DNA of 49,600 nucleotides, taken from contig JBEVEP010000049.1 in assembly GCA_040512755.1 (NCBI GenBank), positions 1 through 49,600 on the forward strand, in the 5' to 3' direction. The notes below the pieces were generated by a model that saw only the letters and a list, made by a program, of their open reading frames with translations, made no database searches and was not told where the DNA came from. This document shows, in pieces, positions 1 through 11,548 of this stretch (the stretch's first letter is position 1; each line of letters begins with the position of its first letter). The position numbers and the translations under genes were made by a program. The stretch is from Mesorhizobium sp. Lineage in GTDB: Bacteria; Pseudomonadota; Alphaproteobacteria; Rhizobiales; Rhizobiaceae.

Positions 1-60
1 CGGCTCCCCCGCACCGGCAGAGGCCACCGCGGGGGCCCCGACGATCGGGCAAGACCACTG

Positions 61-119
61 GCGGGGCGCTGGGAAGGCGCCATACATTTACTTTACGAGG
101 TGCCGACCCAGCGCCCCGC
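61..119. repeat. Extragenic palindrome: perfect 13-bp inverted repeat (gcggggcgctggg / cccagcgccccgc) with a 33-nt spacer
   Basis: Arms read directly at 61-73 and 107-119. It lies in the 440-bp non-coding tail downstream of the 441-1655 gene. Confidence 0.6.
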
Positions 120-205
120 TTCCCGACTGCTCCCGAGAGGGAGGTTCTTTGACAATGGCCAGACCGGAAACGGGGCGTGGCGATGGAGAAACTTGTGTTG
201 GAAAG

Positions 206-331
206 CCCCCTCACCGGCCGCTTCGCGGCCACCTCTACCCCATTTTCATGTGGGCGAGGAAGGGCGCCAAGTTCTCGGCCATCGATTCCTCTCCCCTCAC
301 GAAGTGCCGAGCAAAGCGAGGCGGTGAGGGG
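206..331. repeat. Rhizobial intergenic mosaic-type repeat units: a diverged copy of the 42052-42217 arm, plus an 8-bp stem hairpin cccctcac/gtgagggg
   Basis: 206-260 shares 'ccccctcacc', 'cctct(a/c)cccc' and 'ggg..gagga' with the arms at 42052-42100 and 42167-42217. The 293-300 / 324-331 inverted repeat was read directly. ORFs here (100-327, 149-466) are translations of the repeat. Confidence 0.55.
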
Positions 332-440
332 GTACTTGTCGAACCACACCGGGCCAACGGTCAAGACCATACAACCGCAAGCAAAAGCCCGGAGGCAAGC
401 TCCGGGCCTTCTCGTTCAACCGCCGGACCTGTCAGCCCGG

Positions 441-1655
441 TTAGTTCACCTGGCCGATTTCCTTGAAGCCCTTGCCTTCGATGACCATCTCGATGATGAC
501 GCCCGGCACATCGCCGGCTTCATCGAATTCCTGGCTGCCGGAGGCGCCTTCGTAATTGATGTCCTTGCCTTCGGCGAGGAGCTTCACCGCCTTGTCCCAC
601 TCGCCCGGGTAGATGGTTTCGCCCGGCGCGCTGGCCATTTCGCGCAGCGCTGCGCTCACACCCTCGCGTCCGTCCTTGCCGTTTTTCTGAATGGCAAGAG
701 CAAGTAGGAATGCCGCGTCATAGGCCTGAGGAGCGAAGGACGCCGCCGGGTCCAGACCGGCTGCCTTCGCAAACTCGGCATACTTTGCAGTGCCCGGCGT
801 TTCCGAACGGCCGATCTTGGTGCCGATGAAGCCATCAAGCTTACCCTCGCCAATGGCCGTCACCAACGAATCTCCGACCATGCCGTCGCCGCCTGCAAAT
901 TTGGTGAAGTCGCCGCCCTCAAGCGCCTGCCGGACGATGGTCTGGCCAGAGCCGTCGACATAGGCGAGCACGACCAGCATCTCGGCGCCGGACGAGGCCA
1001 GCGAACCGATCTCGGCACGATAGTCGGCCTTGCCGTCCTCATGCGCTTCCTTGGCAGCAACCTTGCCGCCTTCCTTGACGAATGCCGCTTCCAGAGCGTC
1101 GGCGAATCCCTTGCCGTAGTCATTGTTGACATAGGTAATTGCGATGTTGTCGTGGCCTTTCGTCTTCAGCAGATGCGCAAGCACGTTCCCGCTATAGGCA
1201 TCCGACGGCGTTGTGCGGAACACCAGATCCTTGTCGTCCAAGGTAGTGAGAGCCGGAGACGTCGCTGCCGGCGACACGATCACGACGCCGCCGGGAATGG
1301 CCGCACTGTTGGCCGCCGCGATGGTCTCGCCGGAGCAGAGCGGGCCGACGAGAGCCGTCACCTTCTCGGCATTGACCATGCGGTCGGCGGCGTTGGAAGC
1401 TGCGGTGGCATCAGCGCAGGTGGAATCGCCCTGCACCATGACGAGCTGGCCGCCAAGGATGCCGCCCTGTTCGTTGATTTGCTTGACGGCGAGCTTTGCG
1501 CCTTCATGGATCGGCGGCACCAGGCTTTCGATCGGGCCGGTGAAGCCGCCAAGAAAGCCGATCTTGACATCGGCGGCCTGTGCGGCGACCGAAGCCGCCA
1601 GCATGGCGGCGCCGGCGACTGACGCAGCCAGCAGTTTGCGAATCGGATTACGCAT
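441..1655 (-). CDS. Periplasmic branched-chain amino-acid (Leu/Ile/Val) ABC-transporter substrate-binding protein, LivJ/LivK family; no cognate permease or ATPase genes adjacent
   Basis: 404 aa. Signal peptide 'LLAASVAGAAMLAASVAAQA'. The mature N-terminus 'DVKIGFLGGFTGPIE...AKLAVKQINEQGGILG' is typical of type I periplasmic-binding-fold LivJ proteins. Confidence 0.8.
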   Translation of the reverse strand: MRNPIRKLLAASVAGAAMLAASVAAQAADVKIGFLGGFTGPIESLVPPIHEGAKLAVKQINEQGGILGGQLVMVQGDSTCADATAASNAADRMVNAEKVTALVGPLCSGETIAAANSAAIPGGVVIVSPAATSPALTTLDDKDLVFRTTPSDAYSGNVLAHLLKTKGHDNIAITYVNNDYGKGFADALEAAFVKEGGKVAAKEAHEDGKADYRAEIGSLASSGAEMLVVLAYVDGSGQTIVRQALEGGDFTKFAGGDGMVGDSLVTAIGEGKLDGFIGTKIGRSETPGTAKYAEFAKAAGLDPAASFAPQAYDAAFLLALAIQKNGKDGREGVSAALREMASAPGETIYPGEWDKAVKLLAEGKDINYEGASGSQEFDEAGDVPGVIIEMVIEGKGFKEIGQVN

Positions 1656-1850
1656 TCAAATTCCTCCCTTAACCCTTCCTGGTTACAGCGATTTTTGCCG
1701 GCGGAAGTTGCCGGACGAAGGCGCGATACTGTTATCGCTTGCGGGGTTTGTAAAGCCGATCCGAGCGTTGATCCAGAGGCAGTTTTTGTGCGGGCTCATT
1801 GCCGATGCAAAGGCAGGCGGCGCGGAGTGGCCGTGGATACGACCGGTTCG

Positions 1851-3248
1851 CTAAATATGCAGGGCGTGGCCAAGCGCCTTGAGGGCGGCTTCCTGGAACC
1901 CCTCGCCCTGCGTCGGGTGCGCATGGATCGTGCCGGCAATATCTTCAAGCCGCGCTCCCATCTCCAGAGCAAGGCCGAAGCTGGCCGCCAACTCGGACAC
2001 CCCATGGCCTACCGCCTGAATGCCGAGCACCAGATTGTTGTCGGCGCGCGCAACAACCCGGACAAAGCCATTCTCGCCGAGCATGGTCATTGCGCGGCCA
2101 TTCGCCGAGAACGGAAACTGTCCAATCCGGATTTCGCGGCCGAGCGCACGCGCCTCGTCCGGCGAAAGACCGGCGGTGACGATTTCCGGGTCGGTGAAGC
2201 AGACGGCCGGAATGCAGCGCTTGTCCCAGCTTCTTTTGTGGCCGGCTATGATCTCCGCGACCATTTCGCCCTGCGCCATGGCGCGATGCGCCAGCATCGG
2301 CTCTCCGGTGACATCGCCAATCGCATAGATACCGCGCATTGAGGTTCGGCATTGGTCATCGATGCGGACGAAACGCCCGTCCATGTCCAGGTCGATTTCC
2401 TCGAGGCCCCAGCCATCAGTGACCGGCTTGCGTCCTACGGTGACAAGGATCTTGTCCGCCTCGATCTTCAGTTCCTTGCCGTCCGTAGTCTCGACCAGCA
2501 ACGCATCCTGCTTGGACGACAGACCCTTTGCCCTCGCGCCTGTCAGCACTTCCATGCCAAGTTCCCCAAGCCGCTTTGCGACCGGGCGAGTGAGTTCGGC
2601 ATCGTATTGCGGAAGTATCCGGGCCTCCGCCTCGACGACCGATACGGCCGAGCCCATCTTGGCGAATGCGATGCCAAGTTCGAGACCGATGTAGCCACCG
2701 CCGATGACCGCCAAATTCGGCGGCACGCTTGTGAGCGCAAGTGCCTCGGTCGACGAAATCACCGGCCCGCCAAACGGCATGAAGGGAAGTTCGACCGGAC
2801 CCGAACCGGTCGCGATCACCACGAATTCCGGCCGGATCACCTGAAGCCCGGTCTCGGTCTCGACCTCGACGGTCTTGCCGTCCCGAAACCTCGCCGCGCC
2901 TTCGACCGACTTGACCTTTGCCTTCTTCAAAAGGCCGGAGACACCGCTGTTCAGGCGTCCAACGATCCCATCTTTCCAGGCGACCGTCCGGCCGAGATCG
3001 AGTACGGGCTTCTGCACCGAAATGCCGAGCGGGCTCTTCCCGCGCGCCATGTGCAGGGTTTTCTCATATTCCTCGGCGGCGTGGATCAGCGCTTTGGAGG
3101 GAATGCATCCGACATTGAGGCAGGTACCGCCTGGTTTTGCCTTTTCAACAATCACCGTATCGATGCCGAGCTGACCGGCCCTGATTGCGCAAACATAGCC
3201 GCCCGGACCGGCGCCGATGACGAGAAGCCTGCAGGAGATCTCTTTCAT
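1851..3248 (-). CDS. lpdV: Dihydrolipoyl dehydrogenase (E3 of the branched-chain 2-oxoacid dehydrogenase complex)
   Basis: 465 aa. FAD motif 'VIGAGPGGY', redox-active disulfide '[13 protein letters not shown]', C-terminal 'HAHPT' interface motif. Last gene of the bkd operon. Confidence 0.92.
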   Translation of the reverse strand: MKEISCRLLVIGAGPGGYVCAIRAGQLGIDTVIVEKAKPGGTCLNVGCIPSKALIHAAEEYEKTLHMARGKSPLGISVQKPVLDLGRTVAWKDGIVGRLNSGVSGLLKKAKVKSVEGAARFRDGKTVEVETETGLQVIRPEFVVIATGSGPVELPFMPFGGPVISSTEALALTSVPPNLAVIGGGYIGLELGIAFAKMGSAVSVVEAEARILPQYDAELTRPVAKRLGELGMEVLTGARAKGLSSKQDALLVETTDGKELKIEADKILVTVGRKPVTDGWGLEEIDLDMDGRFVRIDDQCRTSMRGIYAIGDVTGEPMLAHRAMAQGEMVAEIIAGHKRSWDKRCIPAVCFTDPEIVTAGLSPDEARALGREIRIGQFPFSANGRAMTMLGENGFVRVVARADNNLVLGIQAVGHGVSELAASFGLALEMGARLEDIAGTIHAHPTQGEGFQEAALKALGHALHI

Positions 3249-3251
3249 TGC

Positions 3252-4556
3252 TTAGCTCTCGACAAAAATCATTGCAGGTGTTTCCAGCAATGTCTTGATA
3301 CGTTGCACAAACACCGCCGCGTCCCAGCCGTCGATGACCCTGTGATCGAAACTGGACGACAGGTTCATCATCTTGCGGGGGATGAACTGTGTGCCATCCC
3401 AGACCGGCCGCACCAACATCTTGTTGACGCCGACGATTGCGACTTCCGGATAGTTGATGACCGGCGTCGTGGCGATCCCACCCATGGCCCCCAGCGACGT
3501 GATCGTGATCGTCGAGCCGGAGAGTTCCTCCCGCGTCGCAGTGCCGGTCTTTGCGGCCTCCGCAAGCCGGTTGACCTCGGCGGCGCAGTCCCACAGATCA
3601 CGCGCCTCGGCATGCTTGACGACAGGCACGACCAGCCCAGTGGGCGTCTGGGCGGCGATACCGATATGGATGCCGCCGTGCTGATGGATGATGCCGGCGT
3701 CGTCGTCGTACAGGGCGTTGAGGTTGGGCTGCTCGGAGATCGCCTTCACCATCGCTCGCATGAGGAACGGCAACAGGGTCAACTTTGCGCGGTCGGGCCG
3801 CTTTTGCTTGTTCAGATTGGCGCGCAATTCCTCAAGCGCAGTGACGTCGACCTCCTCGACATAAGTGATATGCGGTATGCGCGATTTGGACAGCGACATC
3901 TTTTCCGCGATCTTGCGGCGAAGGCCGATGACCTTGATGTGTTCGACGGCGTTGTTCTCAACAAGCCCGGTGACGCGCGCAACCTGCGGACCGCGCGCAA
4001 CGAATGCCTCGACGTCCTCGTGCGTGATACGCCCGCCTGGCCCCGTACCCGAAACCTGACGCAGGTCGATACCGGCTTCCTTCGCGCGCAACCGGACAGC
4101 CGGCGATGCGACAGGCTTCTCCCCCTCGGCGCGCGGAGCGCCAGTGGACCGTGCGGCGGAGGCTTTGGCGGGAGCGGGCGCATCCGGAGTGGCGGCCTTG
4201 GCCGCGGGCTTCCCCGGCGCTGCTGCTTCGGCGGCCGGCTCTTTTTTTGGCGCTGCTGCTGGCTTCGGAGCCGGAGGAGCTTCGGCGGCCGGTTTCGCTT
4301 CAGCAGTCCCCTCGCCTTCGACCTTGAGCCGGATCAGCGGCGAACCAACCGCGATCGTCTCGCCGATCTCCGCGCCGAGCCAAAGGATTTCACCATCGAC
4401 CGGCGATGGAATCTCCACAGTCGCCTTGTCGGTCATCACAGCCGCGAGCACCGTATCTTCCCGCACCAGATCGCCGACCTTGACGTGCCATTCGACGAGC
4501 TCGGCCTCGGCGACGCCTTCGCCAACATCCGGGAGCTTGATCACATGCTCACCCAT
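3252..4556 (-). CDS. bkdB: Dihydrolipoamide branched-chain acyltransferase (E2)
   Basis: Start trimmed to the ATG at 4556 ('MGEHVIKLPDVGEG'), 2 nt after the E1-beta stop. Lipoyl site 'MTDKATVEIPSP', Ala/Pro-rich linker, catalytic 'DHRVIDG'. Confidence 0.9.
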   Translation of the reverse strand: MGEHVIKLPDVGEGVAEAELVEWHVKVGDLVREDTVLAAVMTDKATVEIPSPVDGEILWLGAEIGETIAVGSPLIRLKVEGEGTAEAKPAAEAPPAPKPAAAPKKEPAAEAAAPGKPAAKAATPDAPAPAKASAARSTGAPRAEGEKPVASPAVRLRAKEAGIDLRQVSGTGPGGRITHEDVEAFVARGPQVARVTGLVENNAVEHIKVIGLRRKIAEKMSLSKSRIPHITYVEEVDVTALEELRANLNKQKRPDRAKLTLLPFLMRAMVKAISEQPNLNALYDDDAGIIHQHGGIHIGIAAQTPTGLVVPVVKHAEARDLWDCAAEVNRLAEAAKTGTATREELSGSTITITSLGAMGGIATTPVINYPEVAIVGVNKMLVRPVWDGTQFIPRKMMNLSSSFDHRVIDGWDAAVFVQRIKTLLETPAMIFVES

Positions 4557-4558
4557 GA

Positions 4559-5572
4559 TCAGGCCTCCATTGTCTCGATGAACGCGCGGCCGACGCGCGC
4601 CGGTCCCGGGAAATAATCCCACTCCTGCGCATGCGGATAGGGGGTGTCCCACCCCGCCACGCGCGCAACCGGCGCTTCGAGGTGAAAGAAACAATTCTCC
4701 TGCACAAGCGAGGTAAGTTCAGCGCCGAATCCGGATGTCAGCGTCGCCTCATGAACGACGACGCAACGGCCGGTCTTTTTCACCGACGCAACGATCGTTT
4801 CAAGATCGAGCGGCAGGAGTGTGCGGATATCGATGATTTCCGCGTCAATGCCGGTTTCGACCACTGCGGCTTCCGCGACATAGACCATCGTGCCATAGGC
4901 GAGGACGGTGAGGTCGCTGCCCGCCCGGCGAACGGCCGCCTTGCCGAGCGGCACGGTGAAGTAGCCTTCCGGCACTTCGCCCAAATCATGCTTGGACCAC
5001 GGTGTCACCGGACGATCATGGTGGCCGTCGAAGGGGCCGTTGTAGAGCCGCTTCGGTTCGAGAAAGATGACCGGATCGGGATCCTCGATCGCCGAAATCA
5101 GCAGCCCCTTAGCATCATAAGGGTTGGAGGGCACCACGGTCTTGAGGCCCGAAACATGCGTGAACAGTGCTTCCGGGCTCTGGCTATGCGTCTGGCCGCC
5201 AAAAATGCCGCCGCCTGTCGGCATGCGGATGACAATCGGGCAGGTGAACTGGCCGTTGGAGCGATAGCGCAACCGGGCCGCCTCCGAGACGATCTGGTCA
5301 TAGGCGGGATAGACATAGTCCGCGAACTGCACTTCCACACATGGCCTCAGGCCATAGGCCGCCATTCCGATTGCGGTCCCGACAATGCCAAGCTCGCTGA
5401 TGGGCGCATCGAAGCAGCGGTGCTTGCCGTATTTCTGCTGAAGGCCTTGCGTGCAGCGGAAGACGCCACCGAAGTAACCGACGTCCTCGCCGAAAACGAC
5501 GACATTGTCATCGCGCTCCATCGAGACGTCCATCGCGCCGCGGATGGCTTCGATCATGGTGATCCGGGGCAT
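4559..5572 (-). CDS. bkdA2: Branched-chain 2-oxoacid dehydrogenase E1 beta subunit
   Basis: 337 aa. Transketolase-like pyrimidine-binding and C-terminal domains ('VFGEDVGYFGGVFRCTQGL'). Confidence 0.9.
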   Translation of the reverse strand: MPRITMIEAIRGAMDVSMERDDNVVVFGEDVGYFGGVFRCTQGLQQKYGKHRCFDAPISELGIVGTAIGMAAYGLRPCVEVQFADYVYPAYDQIVSEAARLRYRSNGQFTCPIVIRMPTGGGIFGGQTHSQSPEALFTHVSGLKTVVPSNPYDAKGLLISAIEDPDPVIFLEPKRLYNGPFDGHHDRPVTPWSKHDLGEVPEGYFTVPLGKAAVRRAGSDLTVLAYGTMVYVAEAAVVETGIDAEIIDIRTLLPLDLETIVASVKKTGRCVVVHEATLTSGFGAELTSLVQENCFFHLEAPVARVAGWDTPYPHAQEWDYFPGPARVGRAFIETMEA

Positions 5573-5575
5573 GGC

Positions 5576-6811
<1,236 letters not shown>

Positions 6812-6940
6812 CTATCCCCTCCCCGGCGTGGGTGCATCGTACGCGTCTCGGCTGCGGGCCGCGACTATCCAAACCAATTACATTCGGATGCCAGGGTCAA
6901 GCACGGAGCGCCTCGCAATGAGATGACTGTCAAAACCGGG

Positions 6941-7405
6941 CTACAATGGCAGCGCCGTCGTCGACTTGATTTCGGAGAGCGAGAACACAGAATTCACTTC
7001 CTGCACACCCGGAAGACGGCTCAGTTTCTCGAAGAAGAATGCCTGATAAGCGTCGACGTCAGCGGCGACCACCCGGATCAGGAAGTCGAACGCTCCCATG
7101 AGGACATGGCATTCGATCACTTCCGGGTATTTCCGGATCGTTTCGGCAAATTCATCCAGATTCTGACGGCCGTGCATCGTAAGCTTCACAAGCGCGAAAA
7201 CCTGCGCGGTGAATCCGACTTTACGGCGATCGATGATCGCAACCTGGCGGGTGATATAGCCCTCGTCCTTCAATCTCTGAATCCGCCGCCAGCATGGCGA
7301 CTGCGACATTCCCACCAGTTCTGCGATTTCGGCGGTCGACCGGGACGCATCTTCCTGCAAGAGGTTCAGGATTCGGCGGTCGAATTTGTCCAATCCATGT
7401 TGCAT
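6941..7405 (-). CDS. Lrp/AsnC-family transcriptional regulator (BkdR-like)
   Basis: 154 aa. N-terminal HTH 'LDKFDRRILNLLQEDASRSTAEIAELVGMSQSPCWRRIQRL' plus a C-terminal AsnC ligand-binding domain. Confidence 0.88.
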   Translation of the reverse strand: MQHGLDKFDRRILNLLQEDASRSTAEIAELVGMSQSPCWRRIQRLKDEGYITRQVAIIDRRKVGFTAQVFALVKLTMHGRQNLDEFAETIRKYPEVIECHVLMGAFDFLIRVVAADVDAYQAFFFEKLSRLPGVQEVNSVFSLSEIKSTTALPL

Positions 7406-7538
7406 TGATTATTCTTCGGAAATGCAGGTTGCAGGCACAATTATGCTCCACAGGCGCGAAGTAGCAATGCAATAGGCAGGAAAATTCGGACGATTCAGAC
7501 TAGGATTTCTCATCAACTAGCAAAGATGAGGTCCCCAA

Positions 7539-8603
7539 TTGGCTGCCACGCTCGCTGCCGGCGCAATGCCGCCGGAGAAAGTCCGTTTCGTTGAAGATTC
7601 CGAAACCGGACTTCGCGCCGTTATCGTTATCCACTCGACCGCTCTCGGCCCCGCAGCCGGCGGCTGCCGGTTCTGGTCCTACAACGACAAGGCCGACGCC
7701 GTTGCCGATGCGGTACGCCTCGCTGAAGGCATGACCTACAAGAACGCATTGGCCGGCCTGCCGTTCGGCGGGGGTAAAGCCGTGATCATGCGCCCCGAAG
7801 GCACGTTCGACCGGCCCGCTCTTTTCAGGGCGTTCGGAAATGCTGTTGCAAGTCTGGGCGGTGCATATATCACCGCCGAAGACGTGGGCACCCATGTTAG
7901 CGACATGCAGGCCGTCTGCGCCGTCACCCGTCACGTCGCCGGATTGCCGAACGAAGGCAACAATGCCGGCGGCGACCCCTCTCCGTGGACTGCACTCGGC
8001 GTGTTCCTGTCGATGCAGCATGCGGTGGAGCGCAAGTTCGGCAGTAATCTTGCCGGCAAGACTGTTGCCGTGCAGGGCATCGGCAATGTCGGTCTGGAAC
8101 TGTGCCACCTGCTCCACAAGGAAGGCGCGCACCTTATCGTCGCCGACGGATCTGCTGAGCGCGCTGCGCTCGCCGAGCAGCTTTACGGCGCGGTCGTCGT
8201 TGCTCCCGATGAATTACTTGGAGCGGACGTCGATGTGGTCGCGCCATGCGCGTTGGGCGGTATCCTCGACGAGACGTCGATCGCCAAGCTCAAGGCCAAG
8301 GTAGTCTGCGGCGGAGCAAACAACCAGCTCGCGTCGCCGGAAGACGGCAAGCTGCTCACCGCGCGCGGTATCCTGTACGCACCGGACTACCTGGTCAACG
8401 CAGGCGGCATCATCAACGTCGTGGCCGAGCATCTGGGCGAGACCACGGCGGCGGTTGAAAAGCGTGTCCGTCAGATTCCGACGCGGCTCGCTGCCGTTTT
8501 TGACGCGGCAGAGGAAAGCGGCGAGGCGCCGAATTTCGTCGCCGATTCCCTGGCCCGCTCCATCGTGGCAAAAGCAAAGGCTGTCGCGAAAGTTGCTGCC
8601 TGA
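7539..8603 (+). CDS. ldh: Leucine (Glu/Leu/Phe/Val family) dehydrogenase
   Basis: 354 aa. Catalytic-Lys motif 'LPFGGGKAVIM', NAD fold 'VAVQGIGNVG'. The ORF-track start at 7539 is TTG; an in-frame ATG exists at 7566, so the start is uncertain. Confidence 0.82.
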   Translation: MAATLAAGAMPPEKVRFVEDSETGLRAVIVIHSTALGPAAGGCRFWSYNDKADAVADAVRLAEGMTYKNALAGLPFGGGKAVIMRPEGTFDRPALFRAFGNAVASLGGAYITAEDVGTHVSDMQAVCAVTRHVAGLPNEGNNAGGDPSPWTALGVFLSMQHAVERKFGSNLAGKTVAVQGIGNVGLELCHLLHKEGAHLIVADGSAERAALAEQLYGAVVVAPDELLGADVDVVAPCALGGILDETSIAKLKAKVVCGGANNQLASPEDGKLLTARGILYAPDYLVNAGGIINVVAEHLGETTAAVEKRVRQIPTRLAAVFDAAEESGEAPNFVADSLARSIVAKAKAVAKVAA

Positions 8604-8624
8604 TCCAGCTGCAAGGACCTTTTT

Positions 8625-8654
8625 GGGCTGAATAGACCTCAGCCCTTGGATTTT
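8625..8654 (+). terminator. Rho-independent terminator candidate after the leucine dehydrogenase gene
   Basis: 7-bp stem gggctga/tcagccc (8625-8631, 8639-8645), 7-nt loop, followed by ttggatttt. A second GC-rich 9-bp hairpin ccccgggcc/ggcccgggg lies at 8691-8714. Confidence 0.5.
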
Positions 8655-8743
8655 CCAAGCGACAAAGCGGTTCGTTCGCCCCATCATTCACCCCGGGCCC
8701 TTCAAGGCCCGGGGACGAGCTTGTTGAGAAGGACGCGACGCTC

Positions 8744-9658
8744 TTGGATCGTATCGATGAATTGCTTCACCCGGCGGCGTCCGGTGACTCCCGCTTCAAA
8801 CCGGATCGCTACGGCTCGTTCCGCGGACTGTCGACCTCCGGCTTTCATCGGATCGTCTATGCCGATTGGGGACCCGTGGAGGCAGAAGCTACCGTCGTTT
8901 GCGTGCACGGGCTGACCCGGCAGGCACGCGACTTCGACTATCTCGCTTCGGCTCTCTCGGCACGCGGCTACCGTGTGGTCTGCCCTGATCTGGCCGGCAG
9001 AGGACAAAGCGACTGGCTTCCGAATGTGCTCGACTATGTCTTCCCGCAATACTGCGCCGACATGGCGACGCTTCTGGCGTCGCTCGGCGCGAAAAAACTC
9101 CACTGGATTGGCACCTCGCTTGGCGGGCTGATCGGCATGGTCCTGGCGGGAATGTCGAACAGTCCTATCTCAACGCTGACCGTGAACGACATTTGTCCGG
9201 ATGTCCCCTCCGGAGCCGCTGCGCGTGTTGGATTTCGCATGGCGGGCGCGCCCACTTCCTTCGCCTCGATCGAGGAGGCGGAAAGTTACAACCGCAAAGC
9301 CTTTGTCGCATGCGGCGCATTGACGGACCAGCAATGGCGTCATTTCACCATGCACTCGCTTCGATACGACGAGGCAAGGAACCGGTATTTTCCGACCCTC
9401 GACCCGAAGGTGGGCACCGCTTACGGCTGGCTCTGGTACTATCAGATGACGCTCTGGCAGTATTGGGAGAAGATCAAGGCGCCGATCCTTGCGATACACG
9501 GGGCGGAATCCGACTTCGCGCCCCAACGTCTTATTCAGGAGATGAAACGGCGGACGCCGCAGATGGCAAGCCACGAGGTGGCAGACACGGGGCATATGCC
9601 TATGTTGATGGCCGCCAGCGAAATCGACGCCATTGCGACGTTTCTTTCGAAGCATTGA
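8744..9658 (+). CDS. Alpha/beta-fold hydrolase, substrate unknown
   Basis: 304 aa. 'VCVHGLTRQARDF' oxyanion region, nucleophile elbow 'GTSLGG', C-terminal 'DTGHMP' His. The start is TTG at 8744 (uncertain). Ends 38 nt before phaC. Confidence 0.75.
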   Translation: MDRIDELLHPAASGDSRFKPDRYGSFRGLSTSGFHRIVYADWGPVEAEATVVCVHGLTRQARDFDYLASALSARGYRVVCPDLAGRGQSDWLPNVLDYVFPQYCADMATLLASLGAKKLHWIGTSLGGLIGMVLAGMSNSPISTLTVNDICPDVPSGAAARVGFRMAGAPTSFASIEEAESYNRKAFVACGALTDQQWRHFTMHSLRYDEARNRYFPTLDPKVGTAYGWLWYYQMTLWQYWEKIKAPILAIHGAESDFAPQRLIQEMKRRTPQMASHEVADTGHMPMLMAASEIDAIATFLSKH

Positions 9659-9695
9659 TGCCGGAGATGCCGGTCCCGACCAGGGAGGACGGAAA

Positions 9696-11468
9696 ATGTC
9701 GAAGCAATCTGACACGCAGAAGCCAGCCGCGCTCGACCCGTTCGAAGCGGGTCGCCAATGGCTTGCGGTCGCCGAGAAGGCGCAGAAGGTCATGACGCAA
9801 TTCGTGGACCGCCAGCTATCAGGACGGACGCCAGACATAATGCCGGTAGCGGCCGATCCGATGGCGCTTGGCCGTCTTTTCACCAGCGTGCTCAGCGATC
9901 CCGCAAGATTGGGATACGCCCAGTTCAATTTCTGGCAGCGACACGCGGACCTGTGGCAGCGGTTGACAGAGACGAAGAGCGACGACACCGGGCAGCAGCC
10001 TGTGAAAGACCGCCGCTTTCGCAGCGAGGAATGGCAGCGTGACGTCGTCTTCAACACGCTGATGCACAGCTATCTGATTGGCGCTGATTGGTTGCGGTCC
10101 CTGCTCACCAACCGCGATGACCTTCCCGCCGCCGATCAGAAGAAACTGTCCTTTTTTGCCGAGCAGCTGATCGATGCGACGGCCCCAACGAACTTTGCGC
10201 TCACCAATCCGGATGTTGTTCGCAAGACGCTGGAAACCGGCGGCGCCAATCTGCTGACGGGATTCTCGAATTTCCTCGATGATCTTGCGAGCGATGCGGG
10301 GCATGTGCGCCGGGCGGATCAGGAAGCCTTCGAACTCGGCGTCAGCATCGCCGCAACCAAGGGTTCCGTTGTCCTTCGCACTGACATGATGGAACTCATC
10401 CAGTACGAGCCGACGACGGAAAAAGTGCGCAAGGTACCGCTGTTACTGCTGCCGCCCTGGGTAAACAAGTACTATCTCTTCGATCTCCAACCTAGATCGA
10501 GCTTCATAAAATGGGCGGTCGATCAGGGCTTCACCGTGTTTGCGATCTCCTGGGTAAACCCGGATGCCTCGCACGCGAATAAGGATTTCGAGAACTACTG
10601 GCTGGAGGGACCGCAGGCTGCCTTTGAGGTGATCGAGAAAGCCACCGGTCAGAAGAAAGTCAATCTGTTCGGATACTGCCTCGGCGGCACACTGACAGCC
10701 GCGGGCCTCGCCTATCTCGCGGAGAAGGGTGACAACCGCGTCAGCTCGGCCACCATGGTCGCGACAATGACCGACTTTTCCGATTTCGGTGATTTCGAAC
10801 TCTTCGTGAACGAGGAGAATGTCGGAGCGCTCGACGGCAGCCGCAAGGGATATGTCGAAAGCGCCGATCTCAGCCGCCTGTTCAGCCTGCTTCGGGCGAA
10901 CGACCTGATCTGGTCGGCGGCGATCAGCAGCTATCTGCTTGCCGACAAGGCAGTCGCATCCGATCTCCTTTACTGGTTCTCTGACGGCATCGGCATGCCG
11001 GCTAAAATGCTCGACACGTTTCAGCGCGAAATCCTCATTGATAACGCACTGACAAAGCCGGGCAGGATCAAGATCGGGGGAGCGGCGATCGACATCCGGA
11101 AGATCAGGACGCCGCTCTGCTTCATTTCACTCCGGGACGATCACGTCGCCAATTGGGAACAGACCTATCGAGGCGCAGAGCGTTTCGAGGCGCCCAAGCG
11201 CTTTATCCTCGGCGGCTCGGGACATAATGCGGGTACGATCAATCCTCCAGCAGCCAACAAGCATGGCTACTGGACCAACGACGCCTTTCCTTCGGAGCCC
11301 GGCGAATGGCTGGAAAAGGCCGAACGGCACGAGGGGTCATGGTGGACCGAATGGGCGTCCTGGCTGACCAAGCACAGCGGGGCCGAAGTCAAGGCACGGC
11401 CAGTCAGCGCTGGACCCTTGCCAGTCCTGGAAGCCGCGCCCGGTTCCTATGCACGGGTTCGCCGATAA
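9696..11468 (+). CDS. phaC: Class I poly(3-hydroxyalkanoate) synthase
   Basis: Start trimmed to the ATG at 9696 behind the RBS agggagga. 590 aa with lipase-box 'FGYCLGG' and the conserved PhaC N-terminal region. Confidence 0.9.
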   Translation: MSKQSDTQKPAALDPFEAGRQWLAVAEKAQKVMTQFVDRQLSGRTPDIMPVAADPMALGRLFTSVLSDPARLGYAQFNFWQRHADLWQRLTETKSDDTGQQPVKDRRFRSEEWQRDVVFNTLMHSYLIGADWLRSLLTNRDDLPAADQKKLSFFAEQLIDATAPTNFALTNPDVVRKTLETGGANLLTGFSNFLDDLASDAGHVRRADQEAFELGVSIAATKGSVVLRTDMMELIQYEPTTEKVRKVPLLLLPPWVNKYYLFDLQPRSSFIKWAVDQGFTVFAISWVNPDASHANKDFENYWLEGPQAAFEVIEKATGQKKVNLFGYCLGGTLTAAGLAYLAEKGDNRVSSATMVATMTDFSDFGDFELFVNEENVGALDGSRKGYVESADLSRLFSLLRANDLIWSAAISSYLLADKAVASDLLYWFSDGIGMPAKMLDTFQREILIDNALTKPGRIKIGGAAIDIRKIRTPLCFISLRDDHVANWEQTYRGAERFEAPKRFILGGSGHNAGTINPPAANKHGYWTNDAFPSEPGEWLEKAERHEGSWWTEWASWLTKHSGAEVKARPVSAGPLPVLEAAPGSYARVRR

Positions 11469-11548
11469 CCCGAGGACGATCGCCACGGCCGACAGACTGT
11501 GAACAGGTTGGAGGTCGTGGTCTTGGCAGCGCCCGGTTCAGCCGGTTC

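Noticed and set aside
100-707. Short ORFs (75-176 aa) in the first 700 nt
   Set aside because: They are translations of palindromic or mosaic repeat units (peptides such as 'SPLTKCRAKRGGEG'), or of the antisense of the LivJ-like gene. There is no RBS and no domain.
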